A stretch of DNA of 64,000 nucleotides from Callorhinchus milii (lineage: Eukaryota), in contig NW_024704742.1 in the NCBI RefSeq assembly GCF_018977255.1, forward strand, positions 128,342,001 to 128,406,000, written 5' to 3'. Both the position numbers and the translations under genes were made by a program. Under the pieces are notes generated by a model that saw only the letters and a list, made by a program, of their open reading frames with translations, was not told the DNA's origin and did no database searches. This document shows positions 36,483-50,918 of the stretch, piece by piece. Numbering within the stretch: position 1 is the first letter of the stretch; each line of letters begins with the position of its first letter.

Positions 36483-37394
36483 ATTTTCCATATCTCACAG
36501 CTGTGTAGAAGTGAATCCAAGATAATTGTATCATAACTTTCAGTTGGAAATCACATATAGATTCGGTATGAAACCCAAAAGATACTATTGATTGGACATC
36601 TCTAGATCCATGCTAACATATCAGGCAAAGTGCTATCAAGGTAATCGTGCACAGCATTGAATTCAGCTCTATTGATGATGGTTACTGGGTTTACATAAGG
36701 ACGTCTTGAGGCTGCCTTAATTTCTTTATTATCTTTATTTTCTTCAGGCTGAGAGCATGGACTTGGTTTAGTGCCAATGCCAACTGGATGCAATGTCATT
36801 CAATGATGTCTTGGTATCTGCATCCACAATCAATTTTATGTCAAGTGTTCAATCTGTTGGAGAATGAACTTCTTATCTGTGATCTAGTGACTGCGATCTT
36901 TATTCAATAGGGACTGAATGTCGCAAACAATCACCGTCATACTCTCTCTGTCTGTCACACGAGGAACTGCTCTGCGCTATACCAATAAACCCCAAGCATC
37001 CAATAAGTAAAAATACAAAGGGATACAGGGAAAGAGCTGGAACATGTTAGTGATAAAAAAGGAGTGATTTTGAATGACAGCCAAGAGTGGTATAGACACG
37101 ATGGAGCAAATAGTAATAAATAACCTTTGCATTTCATAAACTGCTTTTCATATTGAGAGGACATCTCAAAATGATTCAAAGGAATTACTGCAAAGTGTAG
37201 TTACTGCTTATTTTATCGTATTATCGTACTTTTTGCATCTTCAGGTGAGCAATAGAGATCTCACAGCACTACCTGGAAAGAGAAGGGAGTTTCTCCTGTT
37301 GTGATGGCCAGCAATCCCTCAGATAAAATGTGACTGCAGTTTTCAGCAAAGTGATAAAATCACATTAAATTTTTCACCCCTACGTAAAAAAATA

Positions 37395-37560
37395 TTGGTT
37401 ATTCAATCCACGACTGCTTGTGGGACACTGCTGTGCGCAATTGTTTGTGGAGTTTCACTCACACAATACACAGCCAATCCACTTTAATATATTCTGTGAA
37501 GCGCTTTGAGACGCCTCAACAACACGATAAGGCACTATATCAAATGCAAGGACTATTATT
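37395..37560 (+). mobile_element. SINE 3' half
   Basis: Body and tail homology. Confidence 0.8.
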
Positions 37561-38373
37561 CTTATCATACACAAATGTTCCTAGAGTACGAATCGCTGAA
37601 TATTGGCGGCACAGGTGGAAGCCACTTGGCGAATATTCATGTCTGCAGTATTTATCCAATTTAAATGCAGTTATGGGCTCAGCTTCAACCTCCAATTTGT
37701 GCTGAAGTGTTCCACATTCTAACAACCCTCTGTGGAAAATAAATCTTCCAACTTCTATTTTTTCTCTTGGTGTTAACCTTTACTTTACGCCATGTTGAAA
37801 CCAATTTACTGACTGATTATATTATTTCCACCATAAATACACAGTTAGTCACTGTCTCACGCCTACCACATATTCTGAGTTCAACATAAAGTGAAAAGGA
37901 GGTGCAGCAACATGCAACGTGCAACGTTCAAAAAAAGTATCCTTCAGTTACTGTGGCCTGTTCAGATAAACGTTAAGTATTACGGAAGGAAATTATTATA
38001 TAATAATAATCCTTGCATTTGATACAATGATTTTCATGTCTTGAGGATGTCTCAAACCACTTCACAGTAAAGTATAGTGACGTTTGTATTTTGTAGGTGA
38101 ATGTGGCACACTATTTATGCACGGCAATGTCCCACAAACAGCAATGAAGTGAATGACCAGTTTTATCCAAGTTGGTCAGGATACTGGGAGAAACTCCCTT
38201 CTCTTTTTGGAACCTTTAACATCCAGGTTACACATCTGAAAGATTGCACCTCCAACAATGCAATGCTCCCCCACCACTCCATTGCAGTGTCAGCCTAGAC
38301 CAATGAGCAGCTTTGAGTCCCAACTAATTTTATGACATTGGGAGCTGGGCACTCACTGTGGTCAGAAGTCTTG

Positions 38374-38519
38374 GCTGAAGACCTTTCTTTTCGACCGAGC
38401 CTTTGGTCACTTTCATCCCCCTCCCCCTGGCTCGGTCCCGGGATCCGTTACTGTAAAGCGCTCTGAGACGCCGTCCGGCGTGGAGGGTGCTATATAAATC
38501 CAAGTTGTTGTTGTTGTTG
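38374..38519 (+). mobile_element. L2 family B, short 3' fragment
   Basis: Family-B 3'UTR, stem-loop and (TTG)n. Confidence 0.88.
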
Positions 38520-38604
38520 AAGTCTAGTGGGGAATCACTAGGAGTGTGAATTTAGATGCTGTGACAATCTATTCGGCATTTTTCACTACTATAATTTGTC
38601 TGTC

Positions 38605-38892
38605 ACAACAACAACAACAACTTGGATTTATATAGCGCCCTCCACGCCAGACGGCGTCTCAGAGCGCTTCACAGTAATGGATCCCGGGGCCGAGCCAGGG
38701 GGAGGGACTGGAAGCTGTCCAAAGGCGCGGTCGAAAAGAAAGGTCTTCAGCAGAGACCTGAAAATGGGAAGGGAGGGATCGAGACGAAGGCAGTTCCAGA
38801 GCTTCGGGGCATAGTGGCTGAAGGCACGGCCGCCGAAGGGGGGAGTGAAGGACTCAGGGGACGAGGAAGAGGCCAGACCCGGAGGAGGCCAG
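38605..38892 (-). mobile_element. L2 family B, 3' fragment
   Basis: (CAA)n tail followed by reverse-complement family-B sequence. Confidence 0.88.
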
Positions 38893-39684
38893 TAAATTCA
38901 TTGTTAATTCGGAAGAACTGGAAAAAACTTGCTGCTTTCTCGATTGAGTCTGTTTTCGAGAATGTTTCACAATTCTATGCAGAATTTCAGGCCTCGGATT
39001 TTAATTTTGGTTGAAAGGGAGGCAGTGCTGTGTGAGTGACAGGGGTCACTGCTGTCTGGTGCTTGTTGTCTCCAAGTGATGAGCTTGTTTCCAAACCTGT
39101 TCTCATTCGTAGCTCAGATATTTGAGGACAGCCTTGACATGAGGAGGATCGGTGCTTCAAACCTGATGAATTTATTCAGTTCTTCACCCTTTTGAGATTG
39201 ATATAATGAATTCCATATTCAGATATGTGTGCCCCTAAAACATACTTAGATATTCAGTAGTATAGCTTTGCTGACTTTAGAAGCTTTTTCATTGCCCGAT
39301 CAACGGGCATGCAGTCTTGACAATTCAGTTCAACGTACCGATACGCCGTTTATCATATGCTGTATGCTGGATTTTTACCAAATCAAATGTACATGAAATA
39401 TTAATTTTTATATCTTAGTTCTTAAATTAAGTTAATGGTGTTTTCAACAAATTAAATCATGGAATACTCCTTTGGGCATCTTCTATAAAATGAATGGGAG
39501 AGCACTCCTTTTCTGGTTGTAAGGCATACAATTCACAATACAATACAAATTTACATTCACATAATGCCTTTCTAGTCAGGAGGATGTCCCAAAGTGCTTG
39601 ATACTGTTGGCTGGGCTACTGAGCTGAGGGTGGGAGCCGGTGGTAGTGGGGTGTGGGGGATATATAATATATAATAATATATAA

Positions 39685-40030
39685 GATAATAATAATAATA
39701 CTCCTTGCATTTGATATAGCACGTTATCAAGTCTTCAAGACGTCTCAAAGCACTTCACAGAATATACTATAAAGTGAATTGACTGTATATTTGTGGGTGA
39801 AACGCAGCAGCCAATTGTGCTAAACAGTGTCCCACAAACAATCATGTATTGAGTGACCAAATTATTATTATTTATTTATCTTGAAGGGATTATTACCCCC
39901 AGAGACTCGAGAAGCCAATCAGCTAACAATCAGGTTCCTACTTACTGCTAGGTAAACAGAAGTATGTGGATTAAGGAAACTTGCCCAATGTTTCATCCTG
40001 CCCGGGAATCGAACCCAGGTCCTCTTGCTG
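39685..40030 (-). mobile_element. Long-subfamily SINE, 5'-truncated in the tRNA head
   Basis: B box GAATCGAACCC present; A box missing. Confidence 0.88.
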
Positions 40031-40924
40031 AAGTGTTTCAGGAGCATGGGGTAGGGACGAACAACACACATTGGCCAAGGTTTCATCTGGGGAGCTCTGA
40101 CTTAGATGCTCCAATGAGAGATCAGTTGCTCTGCAGATCATACCAATGAAAGAAAATTTATTTCCTCTTCATAATAATTGGAACCATTTGTTCCGTTCTA
40201 CCTTGGACTTTACCCAAGAACAGACCCGCATCATTCTGGGCTGAGAGCCATCTGCTGTGATATTGCTGAACAAACTATTCCACAAACTGGAAATGACACT
40301 GAGAAGATATCAAAAGAGGGTCCAATGGTTTATGGCTAAGTGCACATATTCAATCCTAATGGTTTTGAGTTTAATCAGGAAAGGTTTAAATAGCTATTCA
40401 GTTGCATTTAATGTGGCCCAAAGGATACTTTGAATGCAATGGAGTATAAGAAGCTTATAGAATGCTGCAATGCACTGGTCAGTACACTGCTCAATTAGCT
40501 TATAAATGACCTTGAGAATCAAGATGTAGCATTTCATAATTGTAAGGATTTTGACGATATCATTCATAGTGTTGCTGTTTCTCTTTGCTCCGTGTAAGAC
40601 AGATATATATTTAAATTGTGCCTGAAACACCTGCTGAGGATGTGAATTACAGATGGGACAGAGAATAAGAGGCTTCAAATCCTCAACCACAGGGGATGTT
40701 CTCTATTTCCTTTTATTTGCATTGATCTAAGTTATGTCATTGTAGGAAGCTAATGCCTTTTTCTGTTGTGTAGTATCAGCGTTTTCTCATGAAAGAAGTA
40801 TGGTGTTCAACTCTGCTTTGCCTCAATCAGAACAGTTCCCTACATTTCCTACATTTCCAAATAATAAAAAAAATCAAAAGATCACAAGATTGGTTTGGAT
40901 GAAGAAGGCCCTTTAGCCCATTTG

Positions 40925-41248
40925 ATGATGATAATAATAATAATAATCCTTGCATTTGACATAGTGCTTTTCACATCTTCTAGATGTCTCAAAACGCTTT
41001 GCAGAATATGCTGTAAAGTGAATTGACTGTATATTTGTGGGCGAAACGCAGAAGCCAATTGCGCATAGCAGTGTCCCACAAACAGTCGTGGATTGAAAAT
41101 GACCAATTTATTATTATTTTGTTTTGGAGGGATTATTATTAGGTGTGTGGAGTAAGGAAACTTGCACAAGGTTTCCCCTGCCTGGAATTGAACCCAGATG
41201 TCTCGCTTGCAAGGCGAATGCTTTAACCACTGAGCTACAGGACTCCAC
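40925..41248 (-). mobile_element. SINE, full length, inserted in an old CR1
   Basis: Complete head and tail; lacks the long internal block. Confidence 0.9.
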
Positions 41249-41327
41249 GATCTCATACTTCCAAGCACAGCCACCCTACCATCTTCCCATCATTGCATCA
41301 AGCTTTTTTTTAAACAAGTTCAGTGTC

Positions 41328-41945
41328 ATAAGAACATAAGAACATGAGAAATGCTAGACGAAACAAGACCAAGGTCCATCTAGTTCGTCTTCCACCTTCC
41401 TGGCAGGCGTATGCACATATTGCCCAAATTACCTATGTACTATATCTTGTAATGTTATTTCCTAAAAGAAAGTTATCTAATCTGTGCTTGAAATAATCAA
41501 CACTTCCTGCTTCAACCGTGCACAGGCTCACTATTCTCTCAGTGAAATAGTGTTGGTGTAGACTTGTTCTGAATTTAATCCCCTTCAATTGCCGGCTGTG
41601 TCCTCTGGTTTTACTATTCCGGACAAGTTGAAACAACCTGTTATGATCTATATTGTCTAAACCCTTTAGAATCTTAAAGACACCATTCATGTCACCTCTC
41701 AATCTTCCCTTTTCCAGCGTGAACATGCCCAATTTTAGTCGGTCCTTATAATCCAGTCCCTCCATTCCCTAATCATTTTGGTTGCCCTCCTCTGTATTGT
41801 CCCGATTTCTCCAATATCCTTTTTGTACTGTGGTGATCAGAACTGTACACAGTACTCGAAGTCTGATCTCACCAATGATTTATACAGTGGCAGGAATATC
41901 CCACTATTTCGGCTTGCTATTGATCTTTTGATACATCCCAACATC
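41328..41945 (-). mobile_element. CR1 LINE 3' end (ORF2 C-terminus), nested in an older CR1
   Basis: Translation GLDYKDRLKLGMFTLEKGRLRGDM..VFKILKG..TRGHS..YFTERIV is typical of CR1 ORF2; (TTCTTATG) tail at 41328-41345. Confidence 0.9.
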
Positions 41946-43114
41946 TGGCAACCTGCCTGGCAACCTGTTCCAGTCATTAATTACCCTCTGGGTAACAATT
42001 GGTGTCTTCCTCGTGTCTTTTCTGAATTGCCTTTTGTAAACCCAAACTGTGCCTTTTCTTCTACTGTCTTAGTGCATCTGACAGTATTTTTTCTGGGTTT
42101 ACTTTTTCAATTCCATTTAAAATTGTATACACCTCTTCTGATGGTTTTCAAACTTATTGTATTCAAAAAATGCTGCAGGTAGAGGCAGACTTAACAGTGT
42201 TTAAGAAGTATTTGGGATATGATCTTCAAATCATTAGTGTCACCTATGAAATGGGTGGGTGGGAGGTTTCCACAACTTTTCAGCCTTTTTTCATAGGCAG
42301 TGACTCATGCTGGAGTGTGGTTGCACAGATGCTTATACATAACAAGACCTCACCTCTGTCACCACTCTTCATGTGTGGGCTGGGACAATATGTCTCAAGA
42401 ATTTGTACATTGGTAAATTAGACAAACTTAGTCCTTGCCTAACCCAATGTCCACATAAGTGTCAACCTGGCTCAGTTAGTAGCACTCTTGCCACTGAGTC
42501 AGAGAGTAATTTTACATTCTCATTATTGATTTGATTACTTGAATTGAAAAGTGCAACTTTTCTTGATGTTTCAGTTCAATTATTTTTTTCCCCAAGCATT
42601 GAAAGGTTCACATACCACTCAGGCTTTTGAATGACCATATATTGCATTGTGATGCAATTTACAAAGCATTACATGTCATCTATTAGATTTTTCAAGACTG
42701 AACTATGACCCATTGATTTTGTTGACAATTAGCTAGCGGAAATGGTGAGTTGAGTAAGCATTAATGTTTCGCATGACTCTGTGCATCCTCTCGGCTTAAC
42801 TCTGGTACAATGTCAGCTGAAGTTACACAAAATAGAAACTTTGCAATTTGACATTATTTAGGATGATCTTTTCCAACAGAGGCCAAATATAAACACAATT
42901 ATTAATATTTTTTCCTCTGTAATTGCTTGTGGCAGTGAGAAAACCAATCAATCAAGGTGATCAAAATATTTGTATTATGACTGTCCTTTTCAAGTCGCTT
43001 CTAAATGTAGTTAAATTCACATTTGCCCAATTGGGTGAAATTTGCCATATTTCATAAAATATTTGGTTAACTTTTCTATGATATGTAGCAAATATACTAG
43101 AAGTAGATCCCAGG

Positions 43115-43485
43115 TGTCAACCTCACTCAGTTGGTATCACTCTCACCTCTTAAGTTAGAAGGTTGTGGGTTTAAGCCATTCCCAAGGTCTTTGAACTATA
43201 GTCTAGGCTCACCCTTCAATTGTCAGAGGTCCCTTCTGCCTGTTCAGGTGGATGTTGAAGATCACATAGCAAAACTCAAAAAGAGAAGGGAGTTTCTCCC
43301 AGTGTTTTGACAATTAATCATGCAGACAAAATTGGTCATTCACTTAATGACTGTTTGGGACATCACTGTATGTAAATTAACCGCTGGTTTACCTACAAAT
43401 ACAGTCACTAGATTCTGCAGTAAATCCTTTATAACATTTCGAGGACGTGATAACCACTATTTCAAATTCAAGGTTTATTATAATA
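43115..43485 (+). mobile_element. Older Deu-domain SINE
   Basis: Head CTCAGTTGGTA.CACTCTC..AGAAGGTTGTGGGTT and Deu block. Confidence 0.7.
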
Positions 43486-44643
43486 TGAAAATAATACCCA
43501 TGAGAGAAAATGTATAAATCTTTAGTAACTTCAAGAGATCCAAGTAGGATAAAAGTTTACATGTACAGTACATATTCATCCACTGAGTGATCCTAGAAGT
43601 CTATTTACAAGGTGGTCACAGAGGGGGAGTAGAGGGGCGGGGGAGTAAAATGGATGCGTGATGTGATCATGTTAAAAAAAATACAAAAATGCACGGATCA
43701 GGATAATTTTTTTAATTGAACCGCGGAGATTACATCTTTACGCTTCTTCTCGAGACCGTGGCCTGAAAATACTTTTTAAAAATAAAACATTTAAATTAAA
43801 AATCACTTCTAAGGACTTTAGGAGTCAAAATAAAGATCCATTAGCTATATTAAAATCAAAGATTGCAGCGAATTAATTTTGTACAGGCTAGAAGGAGAAA
43901 TTGCTCTTCAGATTATAATTATAATCCTTACATTTGGTATAGTACCCTTCACATCTGGAGGAGTCTCAGCTTCACAGGTTGCACTATAAAGTATAGTGGT
44001 TGTTTGTGTGGGCGAAACTTTGAGACATTAAGATGTTGGGAGGTTGGGGGTGGGAGTAGGATATACAGTACCAAATTTATCACTGAGGATAAGACCAAAA
44101 AATGACAATTTCTGTCCTTCTGATAATTATCACAACATCTAGCACTTCCCTCCAACCCCCACGTTCACAGTAACATAGCAGGTTTTGAGGCATGAGCAGA
44201 CTGTTGGTTCATCTCATTTACTCATCCAGCCTCCTACGGGATTCCTGCAGCCCATCTACCACATCACCTAAAAATCCTGCATCCTTTTAATTTGCAGCAT
44301 CTTGTCTGGTTCCTTCTTGTGCAACAGCTCCTTTATCTTTCTATAAAGCTAACACTTCAACAGCCTCATAATGATATTTCGTGAATTAGTCAAGCAGCAA
44401 ATTCGAAATGTATCAAGGTACTGATAGTATCAGTCATGTAGAGAATAAGAAAATTATGAAATAGTGTTTCAGAGATTCCTATTCAATTCAGAATGACCTT
44501 GACTAAAATTTAAAACATTAGAATTATTTTACAAACAGCCCCCAAACATTACATAACCACCAAGTTTCTTTCTCTCTTTTATCAGCCTCTGAATAAAATA
44601 CAATTCTTCTCTGCTGTTCAAGAGATACTGTGGATAGTTAACA

Positions 44644-44848
44644 TAATAATAATAATAATTCTTGCATTTGATATAGCGCTTTTCACGTCGGGAGGACGTC
44701 CCAAAGCGCTTCACAGAACACACTGTAAAGTGAATTGACTGTATATTTGTGGGCGAACGCGGCAGCCAATTGCGCACAGCAATGTCCCATAAACAGTCGT
44801 AGATTGAAAGTGACCAATTTATTATTGTTTTTTTTTGAGGGATTATCA
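44644..44848 (-). mobile_element. Short-subfamily SINE 3' half
   Basis: TTCACGTCGGGAGGACGTCCCAAAGCGCT tail. Confidence 0.9.
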
Positions 44849-47129
44849 TAATGGTGACGTGACAAGCATTGTCAACTCTCAAATTCTACCTTGGTTTCGA
44901 TTCACTATTTAATCAATATTTTCATTGCTTTTCGGAGAGTCAAGAATTTAGCAAATTCATAAATGTATCCTGTCTTTCTGTAAGATGTTCTTGTTATCAT
45001 CTCTTCCTTGTTTTGGTGTTGTCACATTCTGAGCCATTGATGCGTCCATCTAGAACAAACAATTAAATAAAGAGATGCTTGCCAAACATTCTCTCCACAA
45101 ATATTACACACCTTTCAGCTTAACAGCTTCACTCTAATGCAGTCCTGGGGGTGGGGGTGGGAGAAAGGGGCCTCATTGTTGGAGGTGCTATATTTTGGAT
45201 GAAATGTTAAAACAAGGTGTTGCCTGTCTATTCAGGTGGAACTTAAAGAACCAGTGTCATTAGTCGAAAAGAAAAGGGCATTTCTCTCAATGTTCTGACC
45301 AACAATCCCCCAGTTAAAATTGGTCACTCACTTCCTGGCTATTTGTGGGACATTGTTGTGCCCAAATTGGCTGCTGCATTTGTGTACAAAGTCATTACAC
45401 TTTATTGTAATTCCTATGAAGTTCTTTGAGACCTCCTGATATGAAAGACATGTCAGGATTATTATCTGAGTCAAGGATGCATTCTAATTTGCCAGAAATA
45501 TGCATCTTTATTGCCAGCAATAATAAGGTGGTCTTAAAGAGCACCCCTGAACTGCTTTTAAGTGCGCATTGCCCCTGTGTAATATGGCAGCTGACACATC
45601 TACAACAGAATTATATCAAAATGCAAATTATGTTTTAAAAAAATCATTCCACACACCTAACAAGATTTAAACACTTGAGTGATCGAGCAGCAATCAGTCA
45701 TGCAGCCGAATAAGCAGTTTCTCATGTCTAACACATGCATCCTAAATTATCTTCCAAAACGAGACAGATACTTTTGGAATTACAGTGGAACAGAAGTGAC
45801 TGATAGAATGAGTACAATACATCAAAATAATGTGCTCCATTGAGGAGGGTCAGCAAATACTATTGTTCCACTTACCGCCACGAAAAAGATGCATGGGTTA
45901 TACAATGCAAATGATATTTCACCTTGAAGGGATTACAGCTCTTACTTCAATTTTGTTCAGCATAATTCCTTTGTGCAGCCTCCCCAGTGCGGCAGGACTC
46001 GTGGCATGCTGAGAGGTTTGTTAGAAAGGAGAATTTTGTTAAAGTCATGCCTTATTGGTCTAGTTTTTGTCAGTGAGCAGGGATTAGAAATGGGAAGTAG
46101 ACCCGATTCACCCTCTGCCTAATCCTGAATGGATTGCGGTCCCACTTGCTGAGTCCATAATTATAATCATAATCCTTACACTTGGAATAGCAGCCTTCAT
46201 GTTGGCACAACATCTCAAAGCACTTCACAGCATGTACTGAAAAGTGCAGTGACTGTGTTCTTTTGTACGTGAATGTGCTGGCGAATATACACAGAGCAAT
46301 GCTCATAAACAGTGAATGACCAAACTAGAAGGAATAAATATAAAATAGCTGATAGTTGAGATTTAGCAGGGAGTTTAGGGGGACCTTCTTCAAGCAAAAG
46401 GTGGTGAGGATGTGGAACTCGTTGATTGTAAGCTGTGGTTGAAGCAAAAAGCACCAAAGTATTTAAGTGTGAACTTGATGCATACACGAGGGAGAGGGGA
46501 ATAGAGAGAATGGTGGCTTTTGGGGTGTATAAACACCAGGACAGACTGGTTAGGCTGAATGACTTTTTTACATGCCATATCAACCTATGCACTGGGCAAA
46601 ACTGATTGATTCGATGGAAGCGGTTATTTAGATTTTTATCTATTGAGATGAAAATTGCTTGTTTAGTTTTTCGGTTCTCAAAGTCATTCTGATAATGCCA
46701 TGTGGGGTTGCTATTAAATCAGGATTATAAATCACCTCTGTGTATAAATCATTGCCCAAGGTTATGCATGGGTTCCATGAAAAACAACTCAAATTCAGTG
46801 ATGTTCAATCATTGCAGTTGTGTTTAATCATTGTACTTCACAGTATCAAAAATCTCATAAACTAGTTGCCCAGCACATTCATAAGCCATAATATCACTTT
46901 CTGAGTTATTGAGTCCCACAGCTCCTGTTGGATATGTTATTAATAATTTCTCTCCTTTTAAATTTTCTGAGACTCCACAATACATTGTTCGCTATGGACT
47001 AATCTTTCTGCATCTGAATTTAGGTGAGTTTGGGTATGTCAGGGGAATCTTAATGGTAGTTGGATAGATGTGCTAAATGGGCCAATAATCTATTAGTTTT
47101 TGAAACTGTTACTATGTTAGTATGTTAAA

Positions 47130-47580
47130 ATAAATAATAAGTAATAAATAATCCTTGCATGTAATAAGGCACCTTATCACATCATTGAGACATCTCAGAG
47201 CACTTCACAGGATATACCATAAAGAGGATTGACTGTGTATTTTGTAACACTGCAACCAGTTTGCAAACAGTAATGTCCCACAAACAGACATGGAGTGAGT
47301 ATCCAATTTTATTTGGAGGATTTGATGGCAAGGATAGCAGGAGAAACTCCTTTTCCTTTTTGAATAGTGCCATGGGATCTTTAACATCCACCTGAACAGG
47401 CAGACAGGTTTAATATCTCATCTAAAGGATGGCACCTCTGACAATGAAACATACACCCAGCATTGCATTGGAGTGTCATTTCTAGACTATGTGTGATTCT
47501 AAGTCCCGATGTAGAGCTTGAACCATCCCCAGCTTCTGACTCTGTGGTGAGTGTGCTACCACTGAACCAGGCTGATACAC
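47130..47580 (-). mobile_element. Older Deu-domain SINE, near full length
   Basis: GTGCCATGGGATCTTTAACATCCACCTGAACAGGCAGAC and head GTGCTACCACTGAACCAGG. Confidence 0.8.
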
Positions 47581-50384
47581 GTTAGAATGAAAACACACAT
47601 GGATCCCAATTATATCTGTTGTTGTAACATTGGTTGGGAACAATCTGCCCCAAATGGCCATTGGATTTGCCAGCCTTTAGATTGCAATTTAGACTTGTCA
47701 GTTGGCTTAATGCAATATTGGACTTGAAGGGTCAGATTGATGTTGGGGGCAGGGATTCTTTCCCATCAGCTCCTGTTAACCCTGCAAGCCAAAGCCCTAA
47801 TGGATATGGTGGTTCTAGATGATCAAGCTTGTCAGACAGCGCTCTCAATGTTTTTAGCTGGTTAGATTCCAGCAGTACCTTGTCACAGGTGTAGCCCTTC
47901 AGATGGGACAATAAACTGAGGTCCCAGCTGTTCAGGTGGATTTTAAAGATCCTATGGCACTACTCATAAAGAGAAAAACTTTCTCCAAGTGTCTTTGTCC
48001 CTGATAAAATTGATCGTTCATTTTATGGCTGTCAGTGGGACGTTCCTTTGTGCAAATTGGTTGTCGTTTCACAGTAACTTACATGAAGTGCTTTGAGATG
48101 TCCTCTGGACGTGAAAGGTACTATGTCAAATGCAAGGATTATTATAATCTGTAAGCAGTGGAACACACATGGCACATTCGGAAATGCAACGACTCCATAG
48201 AAACATCCTCTGCCTTGAGAATGGAAAGCAAATACTGCGTGTTGTGATAAATTATATTGTGTTCCTCTAGGCGATACACTGGTTCCTTTATGAGGCATAC
48301 TCCATCCAGCGCTGAGGAAACAAAGTGAAGCTTATGCATTGAGATCTGAATCTCTATACAATATCAATTAATTATGCAGTTGAGAGTTATTGCTAAGATA
48401 TTGCCTTGCTACAACTGGTGGTAGAATAGTTATTATATACCTGGAGCCATTGAAATGTAAACTTTCAGGCTTTCTTTCCACATTTTTTCCAGAAAAACTG
48501 CTGTCATTATTTGTCTAACCTTGAACTGCATCTGTGAATCATGACAAAATAATATTTCAGTGGTCAGTCCCATGTACATTCATTTGATTATTTTACATTC
48601 AAGACATGGGGTAATATATTTGCTCTTTCAGCTAGCGTTCTGTTTAACTGAGAAATCTGAGCTTGATCAAAATCCCCTTTCAGAGCAACAGACATCTGCT
48701 GCTGCCTGAGGAACATCAGTCAGTTGCTGGGAGCACCAGGTGAAAGTGATTTATGTTGCAGCAACATAATAGGGCAGGTCATGTGTGAGTGACGAGGGGA
48801 GTGCAGTTGCTTCTACTGTTCAGTTATTTAACACAGTGTTCCTCAGCAGAAGAACAAACTGTCATTTGTGAGATAAAAATAGTCCATATGACTTTGAAAA
48901 CTGGTACATTTGAGATTCTTGCCTGAGGATATATTCCATATATTGCAGACTCGACCAACTGCAAATCCTATTGCACACCAGAAGTGTTGCCTTGTTAATA
49001 GTAAAAATAATACTTGACACAAGACAACCCGTTTATACCTCGGTTCTCTGGGTCACGTATCATATTGAAATGTGGAAAAATGGTTGACTTCCATGTCAAC
49101 ATCACTATCAACATCACTAGCTGCGTTCTGCACATGTGTGTTATGTGCCGATAGTGCCTCTGAGGAAATGATGTCAGCGCTGCTTACTGTACATAGGAAG
49201 TGACATTGGGGATGACCTGACAACCTGCAATTCAGCCATTTTGTTAGCATATGGAAACTGGTCAGTCCATGTCAGAAGCCAATGCACCTGCCATATAAAA
49301 GTTGTTTTTGTTGTCAGAATTAAACTCACCTTACAAAGGGGTTGCGGTGTATTAGCATCGCAAAATATCTCAAAGTACGTAGCAGAATTTTGAAATGTTG
49401 CGACTGCAGCTATACAGGTTAAAAGAACGTGCAAAACATCCCAATTAAGTTTCATGTGTTTCAGGATAAGATTAGCACACCGAGCATCTGTTTTGCCAAA
49501 GAGTGCCATAGAATTCTTAACGTCCACATGAATCTCCCAGCACTGCATTTAACTGTTTGTGGGGCATTGCTGGGTGGAACTGAGAGCCGCGTTTCACCCA
49601 CAATATACCCAGTAAAAAANCTTTACAGTATATCCCGTGAAATGTTTTGAGATGTCTCAGATGACATAATAAGGTGCTCTATCAAATGCAAGGATTATTA
49701 TTATTATCAGTGTCAACCTTCATTTGATGGATACACGAGTGAGAAAAAGATAGAGGGGTATTGGTAAGGGGAATAGAAGGGATGGAGGCTCATGTGGAGT
49801 ATGAATTCTATAACAGACCGGTTGGCCTGTGTCTCTGATGTACCATTCTCTGTAAAAAAAATCTATGTAAGACACAGCTGACAGCCCTTTTGGATATGGA
49901 AGTGATGGCTCACATATTGCTCTATTTGCAGAGTAATCTGTACAATGGGATATGACCAGACATGGAAGAGAGAAAAAAGATTTATGTTGTGTGTCTATTC
50001 AGGGGCACTGCTGGAGGTGTGTGCAGTTCTTTTAATAAGATGTTAAACCAAGGCCATGCTCACCTGTTTTACAGATGAATAGGAAATACATCAGGTGGAT
50101 GTGAAACATCCCCAAATAATAGTAATAATCCTTGCATTTGATATTGTGCCTTATAATGTGGAAATGTAACAAAGAGCTGCACAAAAGCTTTCTGTAAAGT
50201 GTAGCAAGGACAGTGAATGAAACTCCTTCCTTTTATCGAATAATGCCATGAGATCGTTAACGTTCACCTAAGTAAAGTGACTATAAAAGGGGGGAATCTA
50301 ATCTTTAAATCAGAGCTACACGGGTTAAAAGTGAATCTGGCAAACACACCATCACGCAAAGGGTATTGAGAATGCATTGCCCAG

Positions 50385-50918
50385 AACAACAACAACAACA
50401 GCAAAATTATATTTATAGAGCGCCTTTCACGTCGGGAGGACGTCCCAAAGCGCTAAACAGTCAGGTGTTGGGGCCCGAGCATGGGGAGGGGTGGTGTAGG
50501 GGTGAGGGAACGCAGAGAGGTGGGAGGGAGACCAAAGGCACGATCGAAAAGAAGGATCTTGAGGCCGGTCTTGAAGGAGGCAAGGGAGGAAGTGAGGGAA
50601 AGGGACCGTGGAATGGAGTTCCAGAGGGTGGGGGCAGAGAGGCTGAAATCCTGGCCACCGATGGTAGGGCAAGTCGGGCGGGAGACACGGAGCAGACTGG
50701 AGCCCACTGAACGGAAGGAGCGGACAGGTTGGTTGGGAGTCAGCAGGTCAGAGAGGTAGGTGGGGGCAAGGCCATGGATAGCCTTGAAAGTGAGGACGAG
50801 GATCTTGAACTCGATTCTCTGAGGGATGGGGAGCCAGTGAAGTCGGGCGAGGGTGGGAGTGATGGGGGTCGTGGAGCCTTGTGCGTGAGAGTACACGAGC
50901 TGCAGAGTTTTGGATGAA
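50385..50918 (-). mobile_element. L2 LINE family A, 3' fragment
   Basis: Translation ITPTLARLHWLPIPQRIEFKILVLTFKAIHGLAPTYLSDLL...LWNSIP..FKTGLKILLF is the L2 ORF2 C-terminus; (TTG)n tail. Confidence 0.93.

Noticed and set aside
49620..49620. Single N base
   Set aside because: Assembly ambiguity inside a SINE remnant, with no biological meaning.
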